DNA of 30,172 nucleotides. Origin: Candidatus Krumholzibacteriota bacterium. GTDB taxonomy: Bacteria > Krumholzibacteriota > Krumholzibacteriia > LZORAL124-64-63. The stretch spans positions 1-30,172 of the forward strand of contig JBDLKA010000036.1 of NCBI GenBank assembly GCA_039714075.1, written 5' to 3'. A program made the position numbers and the translations under genes. The notes below the pieces were generated by a model that searched no databases, was not told the DNA's origin, and was given only the letters and a program-made list of their open reading frames with translations. Position 1 is the first letter of the stretch. Every line of letters starts with the position of its first letter. Below, in pieces: positions 1-8,351 of the stretch.

Positions 1-1
1 G

Positions 2-2203
2 ACTTCGGGCCAGGATCTGTCCGGAAATGTCATCAGCGACATGGTCTGGACCGGGCAGAACATCTGGATCGCCACGATCGGCGGCGGCCTGACCCGGGTC
101 ACCGATCTGGACACCAGACCAAAGTTCCGGCAATTCACCACCCCCCTTCTGAATGATCTGGACATCACCGCGGTTACCGGCACGGTCATCGGCGAAGGCG
201 AACGGGTTTTCTACGGCATGGACGGCAAGGGGATCGGCCAGATAAACAGTGGACTTCCCGGCAATACGTATACCACCGGTGACAATCTCATCTCCAACGA
301 CATCAATGCCCTGCAGATGTTCGGCGGCGATCTGTTCGTCGGGACGCCCGTCGGCGTATCCCGCTTCGCCGACAACACCTTCACCGACCAGAACACCGGC
401 CTGACCAACCTGGTGATCAACGATCTGATCGTCGATGCGGACGGAAATCTCCTGGCCGCCAGCAACGCGGGCATCCACCAGTGGGATCCCAGTGGCGAGA
501 CCTGGTCTCTTCTGGGGGCCATCGGATCCTGGGTGGTCGATCTGGCCAGCCGGGACGGGAAGGTCTACGCCCTGGGTCTGAACGCCTCCACACAGGGGGT
601 TCTCAGTGAATACGACGGGTCCGCCTGGAACCCGATCGACCTGCCCTTTCCGGAATGCACCGCCATTGCCGCGGGTGAGGAATTCTGGATCAGCGGACCG
701 GACGACCACGTCACGGCCGGCGGCCAAACGACCAGCAACTATCTGGGCAGGTTGCAGATCGGCGGCACGTTCGACTCGGTGGTCGATGCCTCCACCCAGG
801 TGGCCAACGGCGTGGGCGTGGCCTTCGGTGCGGACGGCAGGGCCTGGATGGGCGACTTTTTCGGCAGACAGATCTCCGCCTACGATGCAACGGACAACTC
901 GTTCTTCTACATATTCGAGCGTCCCCATGCCGCCAACGACACTTTGAACCTGTTTCCCGGCCTGGGCCCGGTCCTGAGCCTTGCCGGTGCAAAGGACGGG
1001 ACGGTTTACGCCGGCCAGTATGCGGGGGGGGGTGTTCTCAAAATCAACGGGACTTCCACCGATCTGATGGATCCGGGCAATTCCGGCCTCCAGGGGCGGG
1101 GCGTCGTCAACATGGTGGCTCATCCCGATGGCCCGCTGATCATCCTGCACGACTGGACCGACGCCCAAACCGTGGAAGTGCTGGTGGACCCCAGCGACTG
1201 GACAGAAACCGGCAACTGGGTGCTGCCGCCCATGGACCAGGGCCTGGACTCCGGGCCGACGGTCTGGGACGCCGTGGTCGAAAAACGGGACGTCATCTGG
1301 TTTGCCGTTGAAGGCGGCGGCCTGGTGCGGTGGGATGTCAACGGGCCGAATGCCGGTCCGAACGACCCCCTGACCTGGTTTGATCCCGGCGACGATCTCT
1401 GGTCGGATCCCGTGACCAGTTTCCAGCCCCAGTCCAACCTGGATCCGGCAAACGCCTCGGCGCTGGCCCTGGGCAAGGACGGTTCCCTGTGGGTGGGCGG
1501 CAACGGTCTGGTCCAGTTCACCTATACATTGGCCGGCGGCACTTCCCTGAACACCACCGTGATCCAGGACATCATCGAAAAAAGTCCGGTGACTCCGGAT
1601 GTCGAAGGTCTGGTCAACGGCAACGTGAGGGACATCGCCACGGACAGGAACGGCGATATCTGGGTGGCCACGCGCACCGGGCTGAACAGGGTGAGCCCCC
1701 GGGGCGGCGAAGCCCGCATCACCGCCTGGATCGATCTGGGGAATTATCTTGCCAATCCGGATTACGGTGAGCTTTACTCCGCCGCCACGGTCATCGCTCC
1801 GCTGCCGGGGCGAACCTACTCCCGGATCGTTCCTTCACCCGACGGGAAGCGGATGCTGCTGAGCTCCGACCAGGGGACGACCCTGATTGCGGTCGGGTCC
1901 GGTCCCAGTGACGGCGGCAGCGAGGACGATCCCCTCGCCAGGATCTACTGCTACCCCAACCCGTGGACTCCGGGAGAACCCGCAGACCAGTTGAAGATCG
2001 GCAGGTTGCCCGGCGAGTCGGCGGCCGTGGCCATCTACAACGTGGAGGGCCAACTGGTCTTCAGCGACAAATTCGTTGCCGGGGACACGGGATTCTGGGA
2101 GGGTGAGAACATCGTGGGCGCCCCCGTGGCCAGTGGGATGTACATTGTGAAGATCACCGCCGGTGGATTGACCACCACCAGAGTCGTGGCCGTGGAGAGG
2201 TGA
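2..2203 (+). CDS. Secreted beta-propeller (two-component-regulator-propeller repeats, PorZ-like) with C-terminal T9SS-type-A/FlgD-Ig-like domain; 5' truncated
   Basis: The frame is open from position 2 (TSGQDLSGNVISDMVW...), so the gene starts before the window. Repeated blade motifs: WIATIGGGL, FVGTPVGVS, WFAVEGGGL, WVGGNGL, WVATRTGL. The C-terminus YCYPNPWTP...IYNVEGQLV...WEGEN..G.PVASGMYIVKI matches the YPNP...IY...G...G.Y.V.I pattern of CTD/FlgD-Ig tails. Confidence 0.75.
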   Translation, partial: TSGQDLSGNVISDMVWTGQNIWIATIGGGLTRVTDLDTRPKFRQFTTPLLNDLDITAVTGTVIGEGERVFYGMDGKGIGQINSGLPGNTYTTGDNLISNDINALQMFGGDLFVGTPVGVSRFADNTFTDQNTGLTNLVINDLIVDADGNLLAASNAGIHQWDPSGETWSLLGAIGSWVVDLASRDGKVYALGLNASTQGVLSEYDGSAWNPIDLPFPECTAIAAGEEFWISGPDDHVTAGGQTTSNYLGRLQIGGTFDSVVDASTQVANGVGVAFGADGRAWMGDFFGRQISAYDATDNSFFYIFERPHAANDTLNLFPGLGPVLSLAGAKDGTVYAGQYAGGGVLKINGTSTDLMDPGNSGLQGRGVVNMVAHPDGPLIILHDWTDAQTVEVLVDPSDWTETGNWVLPPMDQGLDSGPTVWDAVVEKRDVIWFAVEGGGLVRWDVNGPNAGPNDPLTWFDPGDDLWSDPVTSFQPQSNLDPANASALALGKDGSLWVGGNGLVQFTYTLAGGTSLNTTVIQDIIEKSPVTPDVEGLVNGNVRDIATDRNGDIWVATRTGLNRVSPRGGEARITAWIDLGNYLANPDYGELYSAATVIAPLPGRTYSRIVPSPDGKRMLLSSDQGTTLIAVGSGPSDGGSEDDPLARIYCYPNPWTPGEPADQLKIGRLPGESAAVAIYNVEGQLVFSDKFVAGDTGFWEGENIVGAPVASGMYIVKITAGGLTTTRVVAVER

Positions 2204-2258
2204 CCCTCGTCGAGGTTCCTTCGTTTCGGCCCAACCAGTCCTTTGATGCGGAGATGAA

Positions 2259-3449
2259 ATGACTGCGCCAACCCCGCATGTTTTTCTGGAGCGGGACGAA
2301 TTCCTGCCGTTTTTCAAGCCCGACGTGGGCGAAGAGGAAATCGCCGCGGTGACCGAGGTCCTGCGTTCCGGATGGCTGACCTTCGGGCCGAAGGTTCGTG
2401 AATTCGGGACCGCCTGCGCCGCCTACCTCGACGTGCCCTGCGCCGTTCCGGTGGCCAGCTGTTCGGCCGGCCTTTTCCTGACCCTCAAGGCGATGGGCAT
2501 CGGGCCGGGGGACGAGGTGGTCCTGCCGTCCATGACGTTCATCGCCACCCTGACCGCCGTCGTGCATTGCGGCGCCCGTCCCGTGCTGGCGGATATGGAT
2601 CCGGCCAATCTCGGTCTGGACCCGGAATCATTTTCCCGGGCCATCACCCCCCGGACCAAGGCGGTCATTCCCGTCCACCTGGCGGGGCATCCCTGCCGCA
2701 TCAGGGAAATCATCGACATCGCCGCGGCCCACGGCATCAGGGTGATGGAAGACGCCGCCCACAGCTTCGGCGCGGCGGTCGACGGCCGGCGCATCGGCGG
2801 TTTCGGGGACGCCACCGTTTTTTCCTTCTACGCCACCAAATGCATCACCACCGGGGACGGGGGCCTGGTGACCACCGCCAACGAGGAAATGGCGGACAAG
2901 CTTCAACTGCTCAGTTTTCACGGCATGGACGGCAACGCCTGGCAGCGCTATGGAGACAAGGGGCGCTGGTACTACGAGGTGGTGGCCCTGGGGTACAAGT
3001 TCCATCTCGGGGATCCCGCCGCGGCGTTGGGCCTGGTCCAGCTGGGCAGGTCGGACGCCTTCATGGCCCGCCGGACCGAGGTGGCTCTTCGCTTCAACCA
3101 GGCTTTCGCCGGCCTTCCGGGGGTCACCCTGCCCTCGGCGGCGGACTGGGCCACCCACGCCTGGCATCTGTACATCCTGCGCCTGGACCCGTCGGTGATC
3201 GCCGGGGGGCGGGACGGCCTGATCGCGGATCTGACCGCCAACAGGATCGGCAGCTCGGTGCACTTCATACCCTTGCACCACCACCCTGTTTTTCGCGAGG
3301 AGGGCGCCGAGTTCGCTCCCCTGCTGCCGGAAACCGAGAAGTACTACCAGGAGGCGGTCAGTCTCCCGTTGTTTCCCGGCATGGCGGACTCCGATGTCGA
3401 TGATGTGATCGAGGTGGTGGCCGGCAGTATCGGGCGGCGTGCCCGGTGA
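2259..3449 (+). CDS. DegT/DnrJ/EryC1/StrS family PLP-dependent nucleotide-sugar aminotransferase (ArnB-like)
   Basis: Motifs SGWLTFGPKV, GIGPGDEVVLPSMTF, EDAAHSFGA, FSFYATKCITTGDGG (PLP lysine), HAWHLY and LPLFP. Confidence 0.93.
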   Translation: MTAPTPHVFLERDEFLPFFKPDVGEEEIAAVTEVLRSGWLTFGPKVREFGTACAAYLDVPCAVPVASCSAGLFLTLKAMGIGPGDEVVLPSMTFIATLTAVVHCGARPVLADMDPANLGLDPESFSRAITPRTKAVIPVHLAGHPCRIREIIDIAAAHGIRVMEDAAHSFGAAVDGRRIGGFGDATVFSFYATKCITTGDGGLVTTANEEMADKLQLLSFHGMDGNAWQRYGDKGRWYYEVVALGYKFHLGDPAAALGLVQLGRSDAFMARRTEVALRFNQAFAGLPGVTLPSAADWATHAWHLYILRLDPSVIAGGRDGLIADLTANRIGSSVHFIPLHHHPVFREEGAEFAPLLPETEKYYQEAVSLPLFPGMADSDVDDVIEVVAGSIGRRAR

Positions 3450-4567
3450 CAGCCCTTGAAAATACCGGTGAATCGTATCAGTTGGACATTTCCCACCGGG
3501 CTCCGGATGACTGGTCCGACCTTCTGTCCCGGGATCCGGCCGCCGAATACACCCAGACAGGTTATTGGACCGAAGCCGTCAGCACCCACCTGCCGGATGC
3601 CCGCGCGGTCTGGCTGAGCCTGCGCCGTGACGGCCTTCTGGTCGGGGGAGTGAGCCTGGTGGAGCGCACCGGTTCGAAGCAGGTCAAGGGAATGATGCCC
3701 GGCCGGCGGAGACTGGAAAGCAGCCTCGGCGGAACCACCGGCGGGCCGGTGGTTTCCCACGAACTCGAAGCGGGGGAACAGGACCGGGTTTTCAACCATC
3801 TGGTCGAGGGGCTGACGGGATTGGATTCGGGGCCCCTGGGGACCTGCGCCATGGTCCTGGGACCATCCCGGGAAAAGCGGTTCGGCCCCCTGATGCGACG
3901 CCGGTCCGGGTGGGTCAGGAAGGATGCGCCCACTGCGGCGGTGTCCCTCGAAGGCGGTATCGACCAGGTGGAAAAATCGCGTCTGGTCAAGACCAAGCGC
4001 AGCGAGCGCAACCGGGGACTGCGGCGCGGGGCGGAACTTTTTCTCTCCGACGAGGTGGAGCTGCTCCGCGAATATTACCGGATCTACGCGCGGGCCGCCG
4101 ACCACTGGGGAATCGAGCCGACACCTCTGGCGCTGCTGGAAGCGCTGCTGCGGGACCCCGACGACCGGGTCTTCTTCATCTGTGCCCGGTTCGAGGGCAA
4201 GGTCATCGGCGGGCATCTGAATCTGCATTTCGGCGGGCGGGTCCTGCCCTGGAACGGAGTGACCGATCCGGCCCTGTCCCGCTCGCATTTTCCGTCGACC
4301 CTTTGTTTCTGGGGCGACATGGTGGAAGCCTGCCGGCGACAGGCGGACTGGCTGGACATGGGAGGAAGCGGGGGCGTGGACACCCTGGTCGGCTTCAAGA
4401 AATATTTCGGGGCCGAGATGCAGATGCGGGGGCTCTACCTCCGCGAGTCCCGGGCGGCGGCAATTTTGCGGCGGGGGCGGGACCTGTGGCGCTCCCGGCC
4501 CGGAACCGCCGCCCCGGCCAGGTGGCACGATGATGCTCCCGGTTCCGACAGCGGGGCAACCCCATGA
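3446..4567 (+). CDS. FemAB-like / GNAT-fold acyl(aminoacyl)transferase
   Basis: N-terminal W..L.......YTQTGYW, then RNRGLRRG, W......A...WLDMGGS and the GFKKYFGA motif typical of FemAB-related/Acetyltransf_6 proteins. GTG start overlaps the upstream stop (GTGA). Confidence 0.75.
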   Translation: MTALENTGESYQLDISHRAPDDWSDLLSRDPAAEYTQTGYWTEAVSTHLPDARAVWLSLRRDGLLVGGVSLVERTGSKQVKGMMPGRRRLESSLGGTTGGPVVSHELEAGEQDRVFNHLVEGLTGLDSGPLGTCAMVLGPSREKRFGPLMRRRSGWVRKDAPTAAVSLEGGIDQVEKSRLVKTKRSERNRGLRRGAELFLSDEVELLREYYRIYARAADHWGIEPTPLALLEALLRDPDDRVFFICARFEGKVIGGHLNLHFGGRVLPWNGVTDPALSRSHFPSTLCFWGDMVEACRRQADWLDMGGSGGVDTLVGFKKYFGAEMQMRGLYLRESRAAAILRRGRDLWRSRPGTAAPARWHDDAPGSDSGATP

Positions 4568-5919
4568 AGCTGGTCGAAGCCGGGGCCAAGATTCTTTTCA
4601 GCCGGGTCGGCCAGGTCACGGCCAACGCGGTGGTGGTCCTGGTGGTGGCCAAGACCCTGGGACCGGAAGGTCAGGGCCATTACAGCCTGACGGTGGCTTT
4701 GGCCATGCTGCTGGCCGCGCTGCTGGGGGGCGGCATGGGGTTGGCGGCGGTTCCCTCGTTGCGGCAGGACAAGGTGCCGGCGGTCCGCATGCTGAAGGCC
4801 CAGTCGATCTGGGCCGTGGGAATGGTTCTGCTGCTTTTGCTGACGGCCTGGTGGTCCACGGGCGCCGGCCCGGCCGACGTGTTGCACAGAAGACTGGGTT
4901 GGTTTTCGGGCCTGGGTTTCCTGGCCGCGGTGGCCGCCACGGGTTTTCTCGGTTTTGAAATATTTTCCTACGATCTTCTGGCCCGGGGCCGCCTGGTTGT
5001 CGGAGCCGCCGTCAATGGTGGCCGCGCCTTTGTCCACCTGCTGGTGATCCTGGCCCTGGGACTGACCGGGTCCCTGACCTTCGGCCGTTCGGTGGGTGTT
5101 TTCGCCGTCGCGCAGCTGGCGGGCATGCTGGTCATGCTGGTGGTTCTGCTGCGTGAGATCCGCCGGCCCCAGCCCGACACCAGAACGGTTTCCATTCGCG
5201 AATTCATATCCCGGACGGGAATCTCCGAGGAAGGTTCGGATGAGATCCCCGCGGACCTGGCACGTCGTTCCCTGCCCGGTCTCATCCTTTACAATCTGCG
5301 GCACGGTTGGCTGGGGCAGATTTCGGCGGTCGCCTATTTCCTGCTGCTGCGGTTGGACCAGGGCCTGCTGGAATACTACCGCGGTGCGGCCGAGGTGGGA
5401 ATCTACTCCATCGCCGTTTATGTGGGGGAGATGCTCTGGCTGCTTCCCGGAGCCCTGACGCCCCTGCTGGTCCACAGTTCGGCCGCCCACGCTTCGGATC
5501 CGGATCGTGACCGGACGGCGGCCCGTGCGGTGCGGATCGGCATCCTTCTGACCACCGCGGTCGGCCTGCCGTTGTTCTTTCTGGCCGAACCCCTGTTGGC
5601 TTTGTTGGCCGGCGGCGAATACCAGGGTTCCGGGCTGGCCCTGCGCGCCCTGCTGCCGGGTATCGTGGCCTTTGCTCCGGGAGTGGTATTGGCCGGGGAT
5701 TTCATCGGCCGGGGCAAAGCCCACTGGAACACCCAGGCCAGCGTCCTGACCGTCGTGGTCGGCGTGGTCGCCGGCGTCCTTCTCATTCCCGGGCACGGCC
5801 CGGTGGGGGCGGCCTGGGCCAGCAGCATCGCCTATGCCTGCGGATCGGCGGTTATGCTGGTCCGTTTCCGCCAGATTACCCGGATGTCCCTGCGCGGTCT
5901 CATTCTTGGCCGGATGTGA
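4564..5919 (+). CDS. Wzx-like oligosaccharide flippase / polysaccharide biosynthesis protein (MOP superfamily)
   Basis: Many hydrophobic segments, with AKTLGPEGQGHYSL, RLDQGLL...AEVGIYSIA and LIPGHGPVGAAWASSIAY motifs. ATGA overlap with the upstream gene. Confidence 0.85.
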   Translation: MKLVEAGAKILFSRVGQVTANAVVVLVVAKTLGPEGQGHYSLTVALAMLLAALLGGGMGLAAVPSLRQDKVPAVRMLKAQSIWAVGMVLLLLLTAWWSTGAGPADVLHRRLGWFSGLGFLAAVAATGFLGFEIFSYDLLARGRLVVGAAVNGGRAFVHLLVILALGLTGSLTFGRSVGVFAVAQLAGMLVMLVVLLREIRRPQPDTRTVSIREFISRTGISEEGSDEIPADLARRSLPGLILYNLRHGWLGQISAVAYFLLLRLDQGLLEYYRGAAEVGIYSIAVYVGEMLWLLPGALTPLLVHSSAAHASDPDRDRTAARAVRIGILLTTAVGLPLFFLAEPLLALLAGGEYQGSGLALRALLPGIVAFAPGVVLAGDFIGRGKAHWNTQASVLTVVVGVVAGVLLIPGHGPVGAAWASSIAYACGSAVMLVRFRQITRMSLRGLILGRM

Positions 5920-6097
5920 TTCCTTCGGCGAGACTATCCCAGCACCGGAAAAACTGAATATTTGTACCGGCAAACAGGGATTTCTCCCTGGCGTGGCGGG
6001 CCCCTGCCCCTGAATCGCCTGAGCGGCAACAAGTTATCTCGATCTTGATCCCATCTCATTCATCCCGAAAAAAATGCCCTTTTTTTCACAAAGAAGG

Positions 6098-6126
6098 TTG
6101 ACACCCCTGTGGGGCCCGGTTATTCT
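6098..6126 (+). promoter_or_regulatory. Sigma70-type promoter of the dcw operon
   Basis: TTGACA (6098-6103), a 17 bp spacer, then TATTCT (6121-6126). A/T tracts at 6068-6086 resemble an UP element in otherwise GC-rich DNA. Confidence 0.85.
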
Positions 6127-6129
6127 GCG

Positions 6130-6173
6130 GTGGTGATGGGTGGTGAAAAAAAGTGATTTGTGGGGGTTTTTGG
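6130..6173 (+). promoter_or_regulatory. Putative MraZ-binding boxes (10-bp phased GTGG repeats)
   Basis: GTGGTG at 6130 and 6140, GTGGGG at 6160 and TTGG at 6170, with an extra GTGG at 6109. This matches the known ~10-bp periodic GTGG/TGGG MraZ operator upstream of mraZ. Confidence 0.7.
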
Positions 6174-6215
6174 ATCAAAATCGATAGCTGGAGGTCCAGA
6201 CCAGCGGAATTGATG

Positions 6216-6236
6216 GCGGGGGGCCGACGGATCGGC
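6216..6236 (+). repeat. 21-nt leader motif copy 1 (GCGGGGGGCCGACGGATCGGC), hairpin with ACGGAT loop
   Basis: 20/21 identical to 6859-6879. Forms GGCCG-ACGGAT-CGGCC (6222-6237). Confidence 0.85.
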
Positions 6237-6324
6237 CAAAAAACGCAAGGATGCGAACTGACCCGCCATTAATTCCATATTTGGACCGCCGAAATCCCCG
6301 AAACGCCCGGAAAACTGGATAACC

Positions 6325-6801
6325 ATGGAATTCGACCCGACGGCCAACGAAAACCCGGCTCCCGCCTTCACCTTTCACGGGTCCTACACCCGTGCGGTGG
6401 ACGCCAAGGGCCGTTTTGCGTTGCCGTTCCGGTTCCGGCAGGGAGGCTCGGTTCCGGTCGAGGAGAAATACGTGGTCGGCCAGGGGGCGGACGGATCGCT
6501 GAGTCTGCTGCCCTATGCGGTGTGGATCGAGAACTTCAACCGGATGCGCCAGGGCACGCCGGGACCCGAATTGCGGGCCAACATGCGCAAGATGTCCCTG
6601 GCCAGCACCGTGGTCGAGCCCGACAGCCAGGGGCGCGTGGCCGTTACGGTCGAGACCCTGGCCAGGTGCGGGATCACCAAAAAGATCACCGTGGTGGGAA
6701 TGGGTTCCTATATGGAACTGTGGGACCCGGATTCCCTGGACGAGCTGAACGCCGGCGCCGACGAAGTCGATTCCGGTTTCATGGATGAATTCTACCGCTG
6801 A
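6325..6801 (+). CDS. mraZ: Division/cell wall cluster transcriptional repressor MraZ
   Basis: Two AbrB/SpoVT-like repeats (FHGSYTRAVDAKGRFALPFRFR; VEPDSQGRVAV...VVGMGSYMELW). First gene of the dcw cluster. Confidence 0.95.
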   Translation: MEFDPTANENPAPAFTFHGSYTRAVDAKGRFALPFRFRQGGSVPVEEKYVVGQGADGSLSLLPYAVWIENFNRMRQGTPGPELRANMRKMSLASTVVEPDSQGRVAVTVETLARCGITKKITVVGMGSYMELWDPDSLDELNAGADEVDSGFMDEFYR

Positions 6802-6858
6802 CCTGCATTCGGCGGTTGAAGCCCGGCGGCATGGAGGCCGGCCGGATAGAGTCGGGCA

Positions 6859-6879
6859 GCGGGGCGCCGACGGATCGGC
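6859..6879 (+). repeat. 21-nt leader motif copy 2 (GCGGGGCGCCGACGGATCGGC) within a long hairpin 6851-6890
   Basis: Outer stem GTCGGGC/GCCCGAC, a 4-nt bulge, inner stem GGGCGCCG/CGGCGCCC and an ACGGAT loop. Confidence 0.85.
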
Positions 6880-6964
6880 GCCCGCCCGACATCGGTTTCT
6901 GGATTCAAAGGCAAGCATCTTGAGCAAAAGCCCACGGAGGGGCGTCACCAGGGAAGGAGCCCGC

Positions 6965-7378
6965 ATGCCGAGGGAGTTGACCCGGCAGCTCGTCAGGCAC
7001 AGGGACACGGGCAGCCAATTGGAGATCGAAGTCAGACACACCGAAAGGGCTGTCTGGGTCGCTCTCTCGGGGATCCTGGACCGACAGGGGATGCAGAGGG
7101 TCATCAGCCGGGTCGCGCCCCGGCTTGCAAACAGGGGCTGCCGGATCATTCTGGATGGGAAACGGCTGGCCCATCTGGACTACCGGGCGACTCACGGTCT
7201 TCTGGTCTGGAACCGCAAGCTGCGCGACCACCATCATCAACTTTTTCTTCACGGTTGGAGCGATTATCTCAAGGCGATCCTGGTCATGGAAGACTGGGAC
7301 CGTGAACTGGGCGCGATGCCCACCGAACCCTCGACCTGGCGCCTGTTGAGCGGGGCGTCCGCCGAACGAGCACCATGA
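6965..7378 (+). CDS. STAS-domain (anti-anti-sigma-like) protein, 137 aa
   Basis: AAGGAG at 6954-6959 precedes ATG 6965. The sequence pattern VWVALSGILD...RIILDGKRLAHLDYRATHGLL...LFLHGWSDYLKAIL follows the STAS fold. The stop overlaps the rsmH start (ATGA). Confidence 0.75.
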   Translation: MPRELTRQLVRHRDTGSQLEIEVRHTERAVWVALSGILDRQGMQRVISRVAPRLANRGCRIILDGKRLAHLDYRATHGLLVWNRKLRDHHHQLFLHGWSDYLKAILVMEDWDRELGAMPTEPSTWRLLSGASAERAP

Positions 7379-8295
7379 CCGATGTTCCGCACGTCCCGGT
7401 TCTCAAGGACGAGACCCTCGGCCTTCTTCAACCGAGGCAGGGAAAGCGGATCATCGACGGCACTTTCGGCTTCGGGGGACATAGTCTGGCCATGCTTGAG
7501 GCCGGGGCGGAAGTCCTGGGGCTGGACTTGGACGCAGTGGCGGTCGACACCTGCAGACGGATCTCGGGCGACCGCCACGGTCTGAAATGCCGGCGGATCT
7601 CGTTTCGAAACCTGGACGACGCCATGGCGGAGGTCGGTTGGGAAAAAGTGGACGGGGTCCTGCTCGATCTGGGGGTCAGTTCGTTTCAGCTCGATGACCC
7701 GGCCAAGGGATTCAGCTACCGGTCGGACGGCCCGTTGGACCTGCGGTTCAATCAGGACAAAGGTTCGACGGCGGCTGATCTGCTGGCTGCCGCAACCGAG
7801 GCGGAAATCGCCGATCTGATCTGGAAGTGGGGAGAGGAAAGGGCCAGCCGGCGGATCGCCAAAGCCCTGGTCCGGGCCCGCGCCGAAGGGCCGGTCGATA
7901 CGACGGGGAAGTTGCGCCAGGTCATTCAGGGGATCCTGCCCGGAGGGGTGAAACCGGAACCTGTTCTCAGCCGGGTTTTTCAGGCGCTGCGCATCGCCGT
8001 CAACGAGGAACTCGACGCGCTGGCGGAAGTCCTGGCCAAGTTGCCGGGGCTTTTGCGACCCGGGGGAGTCTTTGTGGTGATCTCCTACCACTCACTGGAA
8101 GACAGACTGGTCAAGAGATTCATCGACCGGGAAAAGCGCGACTGTCTGTGCCCGCCGGAAGTGCCGGTTTGTGTCTGCGGGCACCGCAAGGTTCTGAAGG
8201 CCCTGACCCGCAAGGCGGTCCGGGCCTCACAACAGGAGGAAAGGCTGAACAGCAGGGCACGCAGCGCCCGTTTGCGGGCCGCGGAAATCATCTGA
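7375..8295 (+). CDS. rsmH: 16S rRNA m4C1402 methyltransferase RsmH (MraW)
   Basis: HVPVL, DGTFGFGGHS, DLGVSSFQLD...GFSY..DGPLDLRF, FQALRIAVNEEL, ISYHSLEDRLVK and RARSARLR. Confidence 0.97.
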   Translation: MTDVPHVPVLKDETLGLLQPRQGKRIIDGTFGFGGHSLAMLEAGAEVLGLDLDAVAVDTCRRISGDRHGLKCRRISFRNLDDAMAEVGWEKVDGVLLDLGVSSFQLDDPAKGFSYRSDGPLDLRFNQDKGSTAADLLAAATEAEIADLIWKWGEERASRRIAKALVRARAEGPVDTTGKLRQVIQGILPGGVKPEPVLSRVFQALRIAVNEELDALAEVLAKLPGLLRPGGVFVVISYHSLEDRLVKRFIDREKRDCLCPPEVPVCVCGHRKVLKALTRKAVRASQQEERLNSRARSARLRAAEII

Positions 8296-8351
8296 GCTGT
8301 CGGCAGCCGAGGAGGTCCGGAAGGGAGTCCGGACCGGAAAAGAGTTGCAGT

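Noticed and set aside
6067..6087. GAAAAAAA-TGCCC-TTTTTTTC inverted repeat as a terminator
   Set aside because: A/T-only stem. Better explained as an UP-element-like tract before the -35.
6785..6964. 60-aa N-terminal extension of the STAS ORF from ATG 6785
   Set aside because: It overlaps mraZ, has low-complexity translation and spans hairpin-rich sequence. A good SD supports ATG 6965.
8140..8185. Cys-rich CLCPPEVPVCVCGH segment in RsmH
   Set aside because: A known common insertion in many RsmH proteins, so not novel.
7827..8351. 351-aa ORF suggesting an rsmH-ftsL overlap or frameshift fusion
   Set aside because: rsmH is complete with its own stop. The upstream part is an open alternate frame with no slippery site noticed.
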